Below, one piece after another: positions 54,387-64,000 of a DNA stretch of 64,000 nucleotides. Under the pieces are notes generated by a model. That model made no database searches. It had not been told where the DNA came from and saw only the letters and a program-made list of their open reading frames with translations. The position numbers were made by a program, and so were the translations under genes. The first letter of the stretch is position 1. Each line of letters starts with the position of its first letter. Source of the stretch: an uncultured Gemmatimonadaceae bacterium (GTDB taxonomy: Bacteria; Gemmatimonadota; Gemmatimonadetes; Gemmatimonadales; Gemmatimonadaceae); NCBI GenBank assembly GCA_963829055.1, contig CAWHHI010000010.1:1-64000 (forward strand). The letters are read 5' to 3'.

Positions 54387-56558
54387 ATGACACGCAGATT
54401 CGCTTCGCGCGCCCGTTTCGCCGGCGCGCTTCGCCTTGTTCGCCGTCCGGCCCCTCTTCTCATCGCCTGGGCGCTCCCGAGCGTCCCCGGGCCGGCCACC
54501 GAGCCGGTCCGTCTTCCGAACCTAACGACGGCCGCTGCGCCCACAGTCAGCGAGCCGCTCTCTCGGATTACCGCCAGCGACAACCGCGTGCGCGCCGGTC
54601 GGCTCGAGGGCGGCGTGCTCACCGTTCGCCTCGACGCACGGAACGGCATGTGGTATCCCGAAGGCCCGAACGGTGTTGGGCTTCCAGTCGCCGCGTTCGC
54701 CGAAGAAGGCAAAGGGCTCCAGAACCCCGGGCCACTGATCCGCGTGCCCGTCGGCACCGAGGTGCGAGTCACGCTCCGCAATTCGCTCGCGAAGCCGCTC
54801 ACGGTATTCGGGCTCGGGCAACAGCGCGGGATCAGCGGAGACAGTGTGATCGTGCAGGCCGGAGAAGTCCGGGACGTACGGTTCCGTGCGACCGCTGCCG
54901 GCACCTACTACTACGCCGGCAGGACGAGTCCCAGCGGGCGCGTGCTCGGCCGAGGGGCGGCGGATAGTCAACTCAACGGCGCGATCGTGGTGGATCCGGC
55001 GGACGCCGGCGTCACGCCTAACGACCGCGTCTTCATGATCTCGTGGTGGTATAGCATCGCGCCCGCGAGCCCGACCGGCCTCGGCCGCGCGACCCTGGTG
55101 ATCAACGGCCGTTCGTGGCCGCACACCGAACGGCTGGATGCGACGCAGGGCGACTCGCTCCGCTGGCGGTGGATCAACCTCACGGAGCTCGACCACCCGA
55201 TGCACCTGCACGGGTTCTACTTCCGCGTCGATGCGGCCGGCGACGGAGCGAAATACACCACGTACACGCCCGACGAGCAGCGCCGCGCAGTGACCGAGGT
55301 TCTGCCGCCGGGAGGGACGATGGCGTTGGCGTGGTCACCCAACCGTGGCGGCAACTGGATCTTTCACTGCCACTTCGCCGGCCACATCTCGCACCTCGTG
55401 TCGCTCGGCACCGAGAACGGCCAGCCGATTGCCGGCCCGAGCGAGCAGGCGCACGACGGTGAGCATGTGCATGATGGCTCCGGTAATGGCCACGCGCATG
55501 CGGCTCCCCATCAGGCCCATCAGATGGCCGGCCTCGTGCTCGGCATCCGCGTCGCGCCACGCGGCGTCGCCGCCGCGGCAACGCGTGCGTACCGGCCGAT
55601 GCGGCTCCTGGTACGCTCGAAGCCTAACGTGTATGGCGAGCGGCCCGGGTTCTCGTACGTGCTCGGAGGATCACCGGCCGAGGCCGACACCACGACGTTG
55701 CCGTTGCCGGGCGCGACCCTGGTGCTGCAGAAGGATCAGCCGGTCGCGATCACGGTCGTGAACCAGTCGTTCGAACCGGCGGCCGTGCACTGGCACGGCA
55801 TCGAGCTGGAGAGCTTTCCCGACGGCGTCCCCGGCTGGAGCGGCGACGCGAAGTCGACGTTGCCGGCCATCCCTCCGGGGGATTCGCTCACGGTGCGCTT
55901 CACGCCGCCGCGTGCCGGAACGTTCATGTATCACTCGCACTTCAACGAGTTCAACCAGATCTCGTCCGGATTGTACGGGGCGATCGTCGTCGTCGACTCC
56001 GGGAAGAAGTACGATCCGGAAATCGATCGCGTGCTGCTCGTGAGCGATGACGGACCAACGACGAACATCATCCGCGGACCGTTCTCACGTGCGCTCCTCA
56101 ATGGACGCGCGAATCCCGAGCCGCTCGAGCTTCGCGCAGGGGTGACGTATCGCTTTCGCCTGATCAACATCCGGACGGACTACATGGCGACGATCGCGTT
56201 GCTCGATGGCGAGACGCCGCTCGAGTGGCGGGTGGTCGCGAAGGACGGCATGGACCTGCCGCCCTCCCAGGCGACGCTGCGTCCGGCACGGCTGACATTC
56301 GCCGCGGGCGAGATCCACGACGTGGAGTTCACGCCGCGCGCGCCAGGCGAGCTCACGCTGCAATTCGGGTCGCCGCAGCAGGGACCTATTGCGGCGCAGG
56401 TTGTCGGCGTGCGAGTGACAGGTGCGGTGAATCTCGGCCTGAGGAAGGAGGCCGGAGGAAGGAGGCCTGAGGAAGGAGGAGAAAGCGTGTCATCCCGAGG
56501 AGCGATAGCGACGAGCGGACCTTCTGTGAAGTACTCGTGGCAAGGCTGGCTACGATGA
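54387..56558 (+). CDS. Multicopper oxidase, four cupredoxin domains (3' end runs into repeats; true stop may be near 56430)
   Basis: PGPLIRV..G, HPMHLHG, WIFHCHFAGH, His-rich insert, VHWHG, GTFMYHSH. Confidence 0.9.
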   Translation: MTRRFASRARFAGALRLVRRPAPLLIAWALPSVPGPATEPVRLPNLTTAAAPTVSEPLSRITASDNRVRAGRLEGGVLTVRLDARNGMWYPEGPNGVGLPVAAFAEEGKGLQNPGPLIRVPVGTEVRVTLRNSLAKPLTVFGLGQQRGISGDSVIVQAGEVRDVRFRATAAGTYYYAGRTSPSGRVLGRGAADSQLNGAIVVDPADAGVTPNDRVFMISWWYSIAPASPTGLGRATLVINGRSWPHTERLDATQGDSLRWRWINLTELDHPMHLHGFYFRVDAAGDGAKYTTYTPDEQRRAVTEVLPPGGTMALAWSPNRGGNWIFHCHFAGHISHLVSLGTENGQPIAGPSEQAHDGEHVHDGSGNGHAHAAPHQAHQMAGLVLGIRVAPRGVAAAATRAYRPMRLLVRSKPNVYGERPGFSYVLGGSPAEADTTTLPLPGATLVLQKDQPVAITVVNQSFEPAAVHWHGIELESFPDGVPGWSGDAKSTLPAIPPGDSLTVRFTPPRAGTFMYHSHFNEFNQISSGLYGAIVVVDSGKKYDPEIDRVLLVSDDGPTTNIIRGPFSRALLNGRANPEPLELRAGVTYRFRLINIRTDYMATIALLDGETPLEWRVVAKDGMDLPPSQATLRPARLTFAAGEIHDVEFTPRAPGELTLQFGSPQQGPIAAQVVGVRVTGAVNLGLRKEAGGRRPEEGGESVSSRGAIATSGPSVKYSWQGWLR

Positions 56559-56651
56559 CTTCGAGAAGATCCCCGTCGCTCGCCGCTCGGGATGACACCG
56601 CCTTTCCTCCGCCATCCGCCGTCCGCCGTCCGCCCTCCTTCCGCCAGGCCT
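56437..56651. repeat. Composite repeat: GAGGAAG/GAGGCCT heptamers + GTCATCCCGAG REP + TCCGCCN heptamers
   Basis: REP at 56488-56597. An inverted homolog lies at 61830-62007. Confidence 0.85.
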
Positions 56652-56654
56652 ATC

Positions 56655-59170
56655 TCATCCACCCCGCAACGCTACCAATGGCTGCACCCCCGCCGCCCGG
56701 CGCGCCGGGAGCCAGCAGGCGACGCCGGCAATCGCCAGGAACACCACGACCATCGTCGCGAACGTCAGTGGGTCGTTAGGCGTCACGCCGACGAGCAGTT
56801 TCGTCATCGCTCGCGTCAGCACGAGCGCCGCCGCGAGGCCTACCACAATGCCGATCGCGCTCAGGGCCAGGCCCTGGCCCACGACCATGCGGAAGATTTC
56901 CGACGGCTGCGCGCCGAACGCCATCCGCACGCCGATCTCCGCCACGCGCTGGCGCACGAGGCTCGAGAGTACGCCGTACAGTCCGATCGCCGCCAGCGTC
57001 GCGGCGAGGCCCGCGAACACCGCGATCAACGCCATCGCGAATCGCGTCGGCGCCATCGCGCGATCGATGTAGTCGGTCAGCGGCCTGACCTCCGTGACGA
57101 GGAGCTGCGGATCGAGGTCCGTCAGCGCCGAGCGCACCGGGCCGGCGAGCGCCGCGGGATCGCCATTCGTGCGAACGATCCAGGCGCCGGCGGCGTTCTG
57201 CTGCGCGCCGTTGCTGAAGTAGATCGACTCCTTCTCATCGCCCACGAGCGACGTGTGCCGCTGATGCGCCACGACACCGATGACCTCGAACTTTTCGGGC
57301 TGCGGGGTCGAGATGCGAGCCAGCAGGCTTTTGCCGACCGCCGATTCGTTCGGAAACGCCAGCGCGGCGACGCGATCGTCGATCACGATCGTCTTGGCGT
57401 TAGGCGCGTCATCGCGGGCGTCGAAGGTGCGCCCGGCGATCAGCCGACCGCGCATTGCCTCGAAGTACCCCGGCATCACGATGTGAAACTGGCCCTGGCG
57501 GAACTTCGTCGGGTCGCCAATGGCGGCGTCCGTGCCCCATCGCCCGCTCGACTGCAGATTCTCCAGCGGCAACACTGCCGTGGCGGTCACGGCCTGCACG
57601 CCGGGCACGCCGCTCAGCCGTTGGCGAATGAGCGAGTTCTTCGCGACCGCCTCTTCGTTCGAGCGCACGCGCAGGTTCCCGAGGCGGAACGTGAGCAGTC
57701 CGTTCGCGGTGAAGCCCGGGTCTACGTGCTGGAGCGCGACGGCGCTCCGGATCATGAGCCCGCACCCGACGAGGAGCACGAACGACAGCGCCACCTCCGC
57801 CATCACCACCGACTTTCGCAAGAGTGTGCCGTGCCCGCCGGTCGCGCCTCGTCCACCCGCGCGCAACGCCTCCGAGAGGTCCGGACGCGACGCTCGCACC
57901 GCGGGCACCAGTCCGAAGACGATCGACGACAGGACACACGCGCCGATGGCGAACGCGAGCACGGTCGGATCCATCGACACCGCGGTCATCCGTGGAAGGT
58001 CCGCCGGCGCAAGTCTCAGCAGGAGGCCGATCCCGAAGTACGCGAAGACCAGCCCAAGCAAACCGCCAGCGCCGGCGAGCACGAGACTCTCCGCGAGCAG
58101 CTGTCGCGTGAGCGCCCACTGCGATCCACCTAACGCCGCGCGCACCGCCATCTCGCGATCGCGGCCGGAGAGCGCGCACGAGCAGCAGGTTCGCGACGTT
58201 CGCGCAGGCGATGAGCAGCACGAAGATCACGGCGCCCATGAGCGCACGGATCGTCGGCTTCACGGTCGCGACGACGTTCTCCTTCATCGACTCGACACGA
58301 AAGTGATGGTCCACCGACTGCTTGATCGCGAATCGCGTGCGAAGGTCCGCCGCGACCCGCTCCACCTGCTGTTGAGCCGCCGCGAGCGTCGTCGTCGCCT
58401 TCATGCGACCGACCACGAAGCAGCACACGTTCGTGCGCAGCGAGGTCGGCGGCGTAGTCGAAGCGAATCGCCGTCCACACGTCGGGCACACGTGCCACGT
58501 TGGCCTTGGGAGGAAAGAGCAGCTCGACACCCGGCGCGAGCACTCCGACGACCTGCACGGGGCCGAAGTCCAGCTGAATGTTCTTCCCAATGATCGATGG
58601 GTCGGCGCCGTACTGGCGTCGCCAGAACCCGTCGCTCAGCACGGCGATCTGCGGCAGGCGTGGCTGTGGCGGGCCAGCCGGTTGGGCCTGCGGACCACCG
58701 GCCTGCGGACCCCCATCGGGTTGCGGCGCGCGCGGCTGGGCGCGGCCGTCTTCGTCGGTGAAGCCGCGCCCGCGGGCGATCTTCACACCGAGCACGGAGA
58801 AGATGTTGGTCGTCACGCCAGCCGTCTGGATCTGCTGCGGCGGCCCGCCTTCGACGATCAGCGCAGCCGGGTTGGTGTTGACGGCGGCGAGGCCTTCGAA
58901 CAGCGTCGCCTGATCCATCAGGTCCTTGAGATCGCCCGGCGAGAACAGCCAGTCGTACACTTTCCGCGTCCGGAGCTCGCCCCAGATGATGGTGAGGCGC
59001 TCGGGGTGGTCGTACGGCAGCGGCCGGAGCAGGACCGAGTTCACGACGCTGAAGATGGCGGTCGTGGCTCCGATGCCGAGCGCCAGGGTGGCAATCGCGG
59101 TGAGCGCGAACGCGAGGTTCTTGCGCAGCGTGCGCGCGGCGAAGATCAGGTCTCGCACGAACATCCGCAT
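56655..59170 (-). CDS. ABC transporter permease, MacB/FtsX duplicated orphan permease type, frameshifted
   Basis: [68 protein letters not shown]. Confidence 0.92.
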
Positions 59171-59548
59171 GGTGTCGCTCCGGGGTGGGCGGACGCCGCC
59201 GGGTTTCGCTACGGGCGGTAGCCCAATATGCCACTCGATGTTCGGTGGCTGTCAATGACGGGCCGTGCTGGTCAGGAGGCGTACTCGCCGGGCTAGCCAC
59301 CTGGCCGGCGTTAGGTGCTGTGGGCAGGCCGCGAGGCGAGCGCCGTGAGCGCCCGTCCGGCGTGACGAGCCGTCCGCGCGTCGGTCGACGCCGCGAACGC
59401 ACGAAGGTCCGCCTCAAAACCCGGTGTCGCAATCCTGACCGTGAGTTGACAGTACCCGCAGCTCTCCCGCGAAGCGATCTCATCGCGGCGCATGTCCAGA
59501 GTTGGTTGTCGCATGTCCGCTCTGGTTGGCAGAGTGCGTTTCGGGAGC

Positions 59549-60125
59549 ATGAGCGCAGCAAAATTGACTCGCCGGGATTTCCTCACTGATTCGAGCCGAG
59601 CCGCCACCGCGAGCTGGCTGGCTCTTCACCTCCCGTGGCTCACTGCACTCGCCAGCTGTGCCCGCACTGACGCGCCGGCCGACGGTGCCTTCACCAAGCT
59701 CACGCCCGCGGAATCGCGCGCAATGCGGGCATTCGCCGCGCAGATCATCCCGTCGGACGACGGCATCGCCGGGCGCCGAGGAAGCCGGCGCCGTCCACTT
59801 CGTCGATCGCGCGCTCGGCATGCCGTCGTTCGCGAATAGCGTCGCCGTCATCCGCGCCGGCCTCGCCGATCTCGACGTGCGTGCCGGCCACATCGATGCG
59901 AGCGAACGGTATTCGCGTCGCTCTCGGGCGAGCAGCAGATCGCGATCATGCGAGCAGATCGAGCACGACGCCGTTCTTCACGGCCGCGCGCGCGCTCGTC
60001 GTCATCGGCACGTTCGCCGACCCGTCGTACGGCGGGAACAAGGGCGGCGCCGGCTGGATGATGATCGGCATCGACCATCGCCCGACGCTACTCGGCGCCA
60101 TTCGGCTGGTACGACGCGTCGTTAG
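59549..60125 (+). CDS. Gluconate 2-dehydrogenase subunit 3-like Tat protein, frameshifted
   Basis: LTRRDFL Tat motif; A..IIP.D..PGA.EAGAV.FVDR.L, G.FADPSYGGNK...GW..IG. Confidence 0.8.
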
Positions 60126-60151
60126 GTCAGGATGCACCGAGGGCGCGTCGC

Positions 60152-61815
60152 ATGACGCAACGCGTACATATGCCGAGAGCGAGACCGTCGATTTCGTGAT
60201 CGTCGGATCCGGCGCCGCGGGCGGCGTGCTGGCGAAGGAGCTCTCGACCGCCGGCTTCGATGTCGTCGTGCTCGAGCAGGGTCCATGGCAGCAGCCATCG
60301 CAGTTCACGCACGACGAGCTCGCGGTCGAGCGGCAGTTCGAGATGCTCAACATCGCGGTCGAGCCGGTTCAGACGTATCCGAACGACAGAAGCCGAACCG
60401 GCGAAGCCGGAACACCGGGCGCGCTGCTCGCGTACCGCCGGGGCGTGGGCGGCAGCAGCGTGCACTTCGCCGCGAATTACTGGCGGTTCCGCCCGATCGA
60501 CTTCAACGAGCGTTCGCGGTGGGGATCGATCAGCGGCACCGGGTTCGCCGACTGGCCGATCACGTACGAGGAGCTCGAGCCGTACTACACGAAGGTCGAT
60601 TGGGAGATCGGCGTGTCCGGCGCCCCGGGGCCGTTCGATGCACGCCGCGCTCGCGGCCTATCCGCTCCCGCCGCTGCCTAACAAGTCGTCCGGCGTGCTG
60701 CTCGAGCGTGCCGCGAGCAGGCTCGGCCTGCACGCCCAGGTGTCGCCGATGGCGATCCTCTCGAAGCCGTACGACGGCCGCTCAGCGTGCATGGCGTGTG
60801 GACACTGCTCGCTACTATGGGTGCGAGTTCGGCGCGAAGTCGTCGACGCTCGCGACGGTGATCCCGAAAGCGGTCACGACCGGTCGGTGCGAGATCCGCG
60901 CCGAGTCTACCGTCTTCCGCGTCGAGACGAACACCAGGGGACGTGCGACCGGCGTCGTATACTGGGATCGCGCGGGCAAGGAGCGGCGCCAGTCCGCTCG
61001 CGCTGTCGTGCTCGCGGCGAACGGGGCCGAGACGACTCGGCTGCTGCTCCTGTCGACGTCGCCGGCGTTTCCGCACGGTCTCGCGAACTCGAGCGGGAAC
61101 GTCGGTCGCTACATCATGTTCAACGGCCACGCGAGCACGTTCGGCCGCTTCGAGCATCCGCTGAACGAGTACAAGGGCGCCGTCGCGAGCCGCGTCGTGC
61201 ATGACTTCTACGAATCGGACGCGAAGCGTGGCTTCTACGGCGGCGGCGGCATCGATGCGCGCTTCCCGTACGGTCCGATCATGTTCGCCGCTGACCGAGA
61301 CTGCCGCCCGATCGTGCCGGCGTGGGGACGCGAGTACAAGCGAACGCTTCGCGACTACTACACGCACTCGGTCCGGTTCATGGCGCACCTCACGTCGCTG
61401 CCGGTCGCGACGCAACACCATCTCGCTCGATCCCGAGCACCGGGATTCGTGGGGACGTCCCGCGTTGCGCCTAACGTACCGGGACCATCCGGACGACATG
61501 AAGGCGGAGCACTGGTTCCACGATCGGACGCAGGAGCTGATGGAAGCGGCCGGTGCGACGCGACGTCTGGCGAGTGCCGATTCTCCCGATCGGATGGCGG
61601 CGTTCACCTGCTCGGCACCGCGCGCATGGGCAACGATCCGCGCGATTCGGTGGTCGACCGCTACCACCGCGCGCACGACGTGCCGAACCTCTTCATCTGC
61701 GACGGCAGCAGCTTCGTCACGTCGGGCCGCGGCCAGCCGACGATGACGATCCAGGCGCTCGCGTTTCGCGCCGCCGAGCATATCGCGCGGCTTCGCGCGG
61801 TCGCACGAGATCTGA
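60152..61815 (+). CDS. GMC family FAD oxidoreductase, frameshifted
   Basis: DFVIVGSGAAGG, VGGSSVH, DWPITYEELEPYY, LANSSG.VGRY, HLLGTARMG.DP..SVVD, NLF..DGS, PTMTIQALA. Confidence 0.92.
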
Positions 61816-61829
61816 CTAGGCCTTGGGAA

Positions 61830-62007
61830 GAGGAAGGAGGCCTGAGGAAGGAGGGCGGAGGGCGGAGGGCGGAGGGCGGAGGGCGGATGGCGGAGAAACG
61901 GCGGTGTCATCCCGAGCGCCAGCGAGGGATCTTCTCGAACGTACATCGTGGCTAGACCGGCCACGAGTACTTCACCGAAGATCCCTCGCTGCCGCTCGGG
62001 ATGACAA
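61830..62007. repeat. Composite repeat: (GGCGGAG)n + GTCATCCCGAG REP
   Basis: Reverse-complement homolog of 56488-56651. Confidence 0.85.
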
Positions 62008-62096
62008 CCTGAATCAATCCGTTAGATCAGACGAATCCGTTCGCTCCTGTTGTCTGAGATGGCTGCGGAAGTAGTCACTGGTGTCTTCGCGATCCG

Positions 62097-63350
62097 CTAG
62101 GCGCGCGCCATCGCGCCAGCGAGCAACTGACAGAGCACCGCTCCCACGATGCTCATCGAGAGCCCCCAGATGAGCAGCTGGCGGAACAGCACGCGCGCGT
62201 CCGCGACATCCGCCACCGCGGCCACGCAGAGCGCGCCTAACGTCGAGAGCGGGGAGACGTCCACCAGCGCACCGCCCACGTTGATGCTGAGCGAGACGGC
62301 GAGTGGGTCACCGCCTCCTACCTTCGCGACGAGCCCGGGCACCGCCGGCAGAAAGGTCGGCATCACCACACCAGTGGTGCTGCTCCAACTCGAGATCAAG
62401 CCGGTCACGAATGCGACCACGCCGTTCACACTCGCCGGCGTCGCCAGGCGCGCGAGCAGCGACGTGAAGAGATCCATGCCGCCGGTCTTCTCGAGGAGCG
62501 CGATGAGCACGGTCACACCGCACACCATCATGATCACGCCCCAGGGAACGCGCCGCACAGCGGACGACTCGTCAGCGAGCCGCGCCAGGACGATGATCGA
62601 CGCCGCCGCGAACGCCGCCATGCCGACGCTCGCCTTGAACCCGACGACGGCGACGATCCACACACCAATGACGGCAAGCGTGATCGCGTGGCGTCGATCG
62701 AAATCGACGACCGGGAGCGCCTCGCCGTCCACCGCGGCTTTGCGAGGAGTCAGACGATATCCGCCTAACACCAGATACGCGGCGGCCGACACGAGCGCGT
62801 GCGCAATGAGACTCGCGAGCCACACCTTCGTCTCGTGGCCACCATTGCCAGCCTCCGCCATCTTCGTGTTCGCGATGACGCCGGCCGCGCTGATCGGCGA
62901 GAGATTCCCCGCATTCGCCCCATTGGCCACCATGAGCGAGGTCAGGAACGGCGGCACGCCGGCACGGGTGCTGACGGCCATCGCCAGTGGAATCAGCAGG
63001 GCGACAGTGGAGATCGCACCCGGGCCGATCGACGACAGCGTGAACGCGATGACGAAGAACACCAGCGGGATGACACGCGCGTTGCCACGTGCGAGCCTGA
63101 CGGCGCGGTTCGCGAGCCGCTCCAGCGTCCCATTCGTTTCCGCAAGCGCGAACAGCAGCGTGACGCCCGCGAGCGTGAGAAAGAGCGACGACGGAAACCC
63201 CGCCGCGACCTGATCCGGCTTGAGGCCGGCCATCGCCGTGCCGATGATCCACGCGAACGCCATCGCCACCACGCCGACGTTCACGCGCGACGTGAGCGAC
63301 AGCGCGATCGCGAGCAGCAGCGCGATGAGCGACGCGACTGCCGGGCTCAA
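62097..63350 (-). CDS. matC: MatC-like dicarboxylate (malonate) carrier, SLC13/ion transporter superfamily
   Basis: VNVG..A, GFP..LF.TL.GVT.LF.LA..NGTL, GANAG..SPIS, W......GV, SSTTG, VDVSPLSTLGAL. Its start overlaps the matB-like stop. Confidence 0.7.
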   Translation of the reverse strand: MSPAVASLIALLLAIALSLTSRVNVGVVAMAFAWIIGTAMAGLKPDQVAAGFPSSLFLTLAGVTLLFALAETNGTLERLANRAVRLARGNARVIPLVFFVIAFTLSSIGPGAISTVALLIPLAMAVSTRAGVPPFLTSLMVANGANAGNLSPISAAGVIANTKMAEAGNGGHETKVWLASLIAHALVSAAAYLVLGGYRLTPRKAAVDGEALPVVDFDRRHAITLAVIGVWIVAVVGFKASVGMAAFAAASIIVLARLADESSAVRRVPWGVIMMVCGVTVLIALLEKTGGMDLFTSLLARLATPASVNGVVAFVTGLISSWSSTTGVVMPTFLPAVPGLVAKVGGGDPLAVSLSINVGGALVDVSPLSTLGALCVAAVADVADARVLFRQLLIWGLSMSIVGAVLCQLLAGAMARA

Positions 63351-64000
63351 GCGCCCGCCCAGGGCGGCAGGAAGCGCTTCTGCACCTTGCCTAACGCATT
63401 ACGCGGGAGTGCGTCCACGCGAACGAATCCGCGCGGCACCTTGAATGACGCGAGCGACCGGACGCACGCCGCACGCAGCGCCTCCGCATCCATCGGGCCG
63501 TCGCTCACGACGTACGCCACCGGCACCTCGCCGCGTCGCTCGTCAGGCGCACCCACCACCGCGGCCTCTCGCACGCCGGGCTGTTCCAGCAACAGCTCCT
63601 CGATCTCGCGCGGATAGATGTTGAAGCCGCCCGATATGATCAGGTCCGACGCCCGGCCTCGCAGCGTGTAGTACCCATCCGCCGAGCGCTCGGCCAGATC
63701 GCCCGTGCGGAACCACCCGTCTTCGAACGCCGCCGTTGTCGCGTCCGGATTCTGCCAGTAGCCGGCGAACACGTTAGGCCCACGGACCAGCACCTGGGCG
63801 ATCTCCCCTTCCCCGGGCGCTTGACCGCTCGGCAGGGCGAGCCGCACCGAGACTCCCGGAAGCGGGAGCCCCACTGTCCCCGGTCGCCGCTCGCCCTCAT
63901 ACGGATTCGAGATGAGCATGAGCGTCTCGCTCATGCCGTAGCGCTCGAGGATCGTGTGGCCGAAACGCTCACGAAACGCGTCGTGTACCTGCGCTGGTAG
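63347..64000 (-). CDS. matB: Malonyl-CoA synthetase-like AMP-binding enzyme, 3' part (5' end outside window)
   Basis: GHTILERYGMSET, SNPY.GERRPGTVG.PLPGV, GPNVF.GYW, GWFRTGD, DLIISGGFNIYP, LPRNALGKVQK. Confidence 0.75.
   Translation of the reverse strand, partial: LPAQVHDAFRERFGHTILERYGMSETLMLISNPYEGERRPGTVGLPLPGVSVRLALPSGQAPGEGEIAQVLVRGPNVFAGYWQNPDATTAAFEDGWFRTGDLAERSADGYYTLRGRASDLIISGGFNIYPREIEELLLEQPGVREAAVVGAPDERRGEVPVAYVVSDGPMDAEALRAACVRSLASFKVPRGFVRVDALPRNALGKVQKRFLPPWAGA

Noticed and set aside
56592..58593. Long antisense ORFs (e.g. 56592-58133, 62149-63213, 36476-37480)
   Set aside because: Shadow ORFs opposite well-supported genes, as expected at high GC.
891..61815. Many frameshifts read as programmed frameshifting or mass pseudogenisation
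   Set aside because: They hit unrelated genes including metG, show no common slippery site or in-frame stop decay, and cluster regionally. This fits uncorrected long-read indels; polishing would settle it.
473..63779. GCCTAAC/GTTAGGC read as integron attC cores (RYYYAAC...GTTRRRY)
   Set aside because: The word fits the integron core consensus, but copies are mostly single and intragenic. They are not paired as 55-140 bp imperfect hairpins after each gene, and no integrase is present. The closest pair (12577/12663) is inside a gene.
473..63779. TTAGGC read as a nematode-type telomeric repeat or eukaryotic contamination
   Set aside because: It is never tandem and is embedded in clearly bacterial genes.

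Overview
High-GC (about 68% by eye) bacterial chromosomal segment, most consistent with Gemmatimonadota. That call is an inference from the gene mix: ECF sigma + Hanks kinase pairs, SusC/SusD-like pairs, and PadR + duplicated orphan permeases. About 40 genes are recognisable: metG, two MacB/FtsX-type permeases, SDRs, a D-aminoacylase, LVIVD/YncE beta-propellers, two ECF-STK modules with divergent lipoprotein cargo, a diheme cytochrome c with a Cys-rich regulator, an M1 peptidase, an acyl-CoA synthetase, a vanadium haloperoxidase/PAP2 protein, two SusC/D pairs, an LMF-family protein, TetR, dCMP deaminase, a PAS kinase, an unusual four-domain multicopper oxidase, a GMC oxidoreductase pair and matC-matB. 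Many CDSs are split by small frameshifts, probably long-read errors. No rRNA, tRNA, CRISPR array or transposase was seen. The strongest unexplained signal is the non-palindromic octamer GCCTAACG/CGTTAGGC. By hand I count about 55 exact copies and about 75 CCTAAC cores, roughly one per 850 bp, on both strands and written into genes with rare codons and stop codons. The intergenic DNA also holds several palindromic or dispersed repeat families and a conserved promoter-like box shared by the two ECF-STK modules. All counts and alignments were done by eye.
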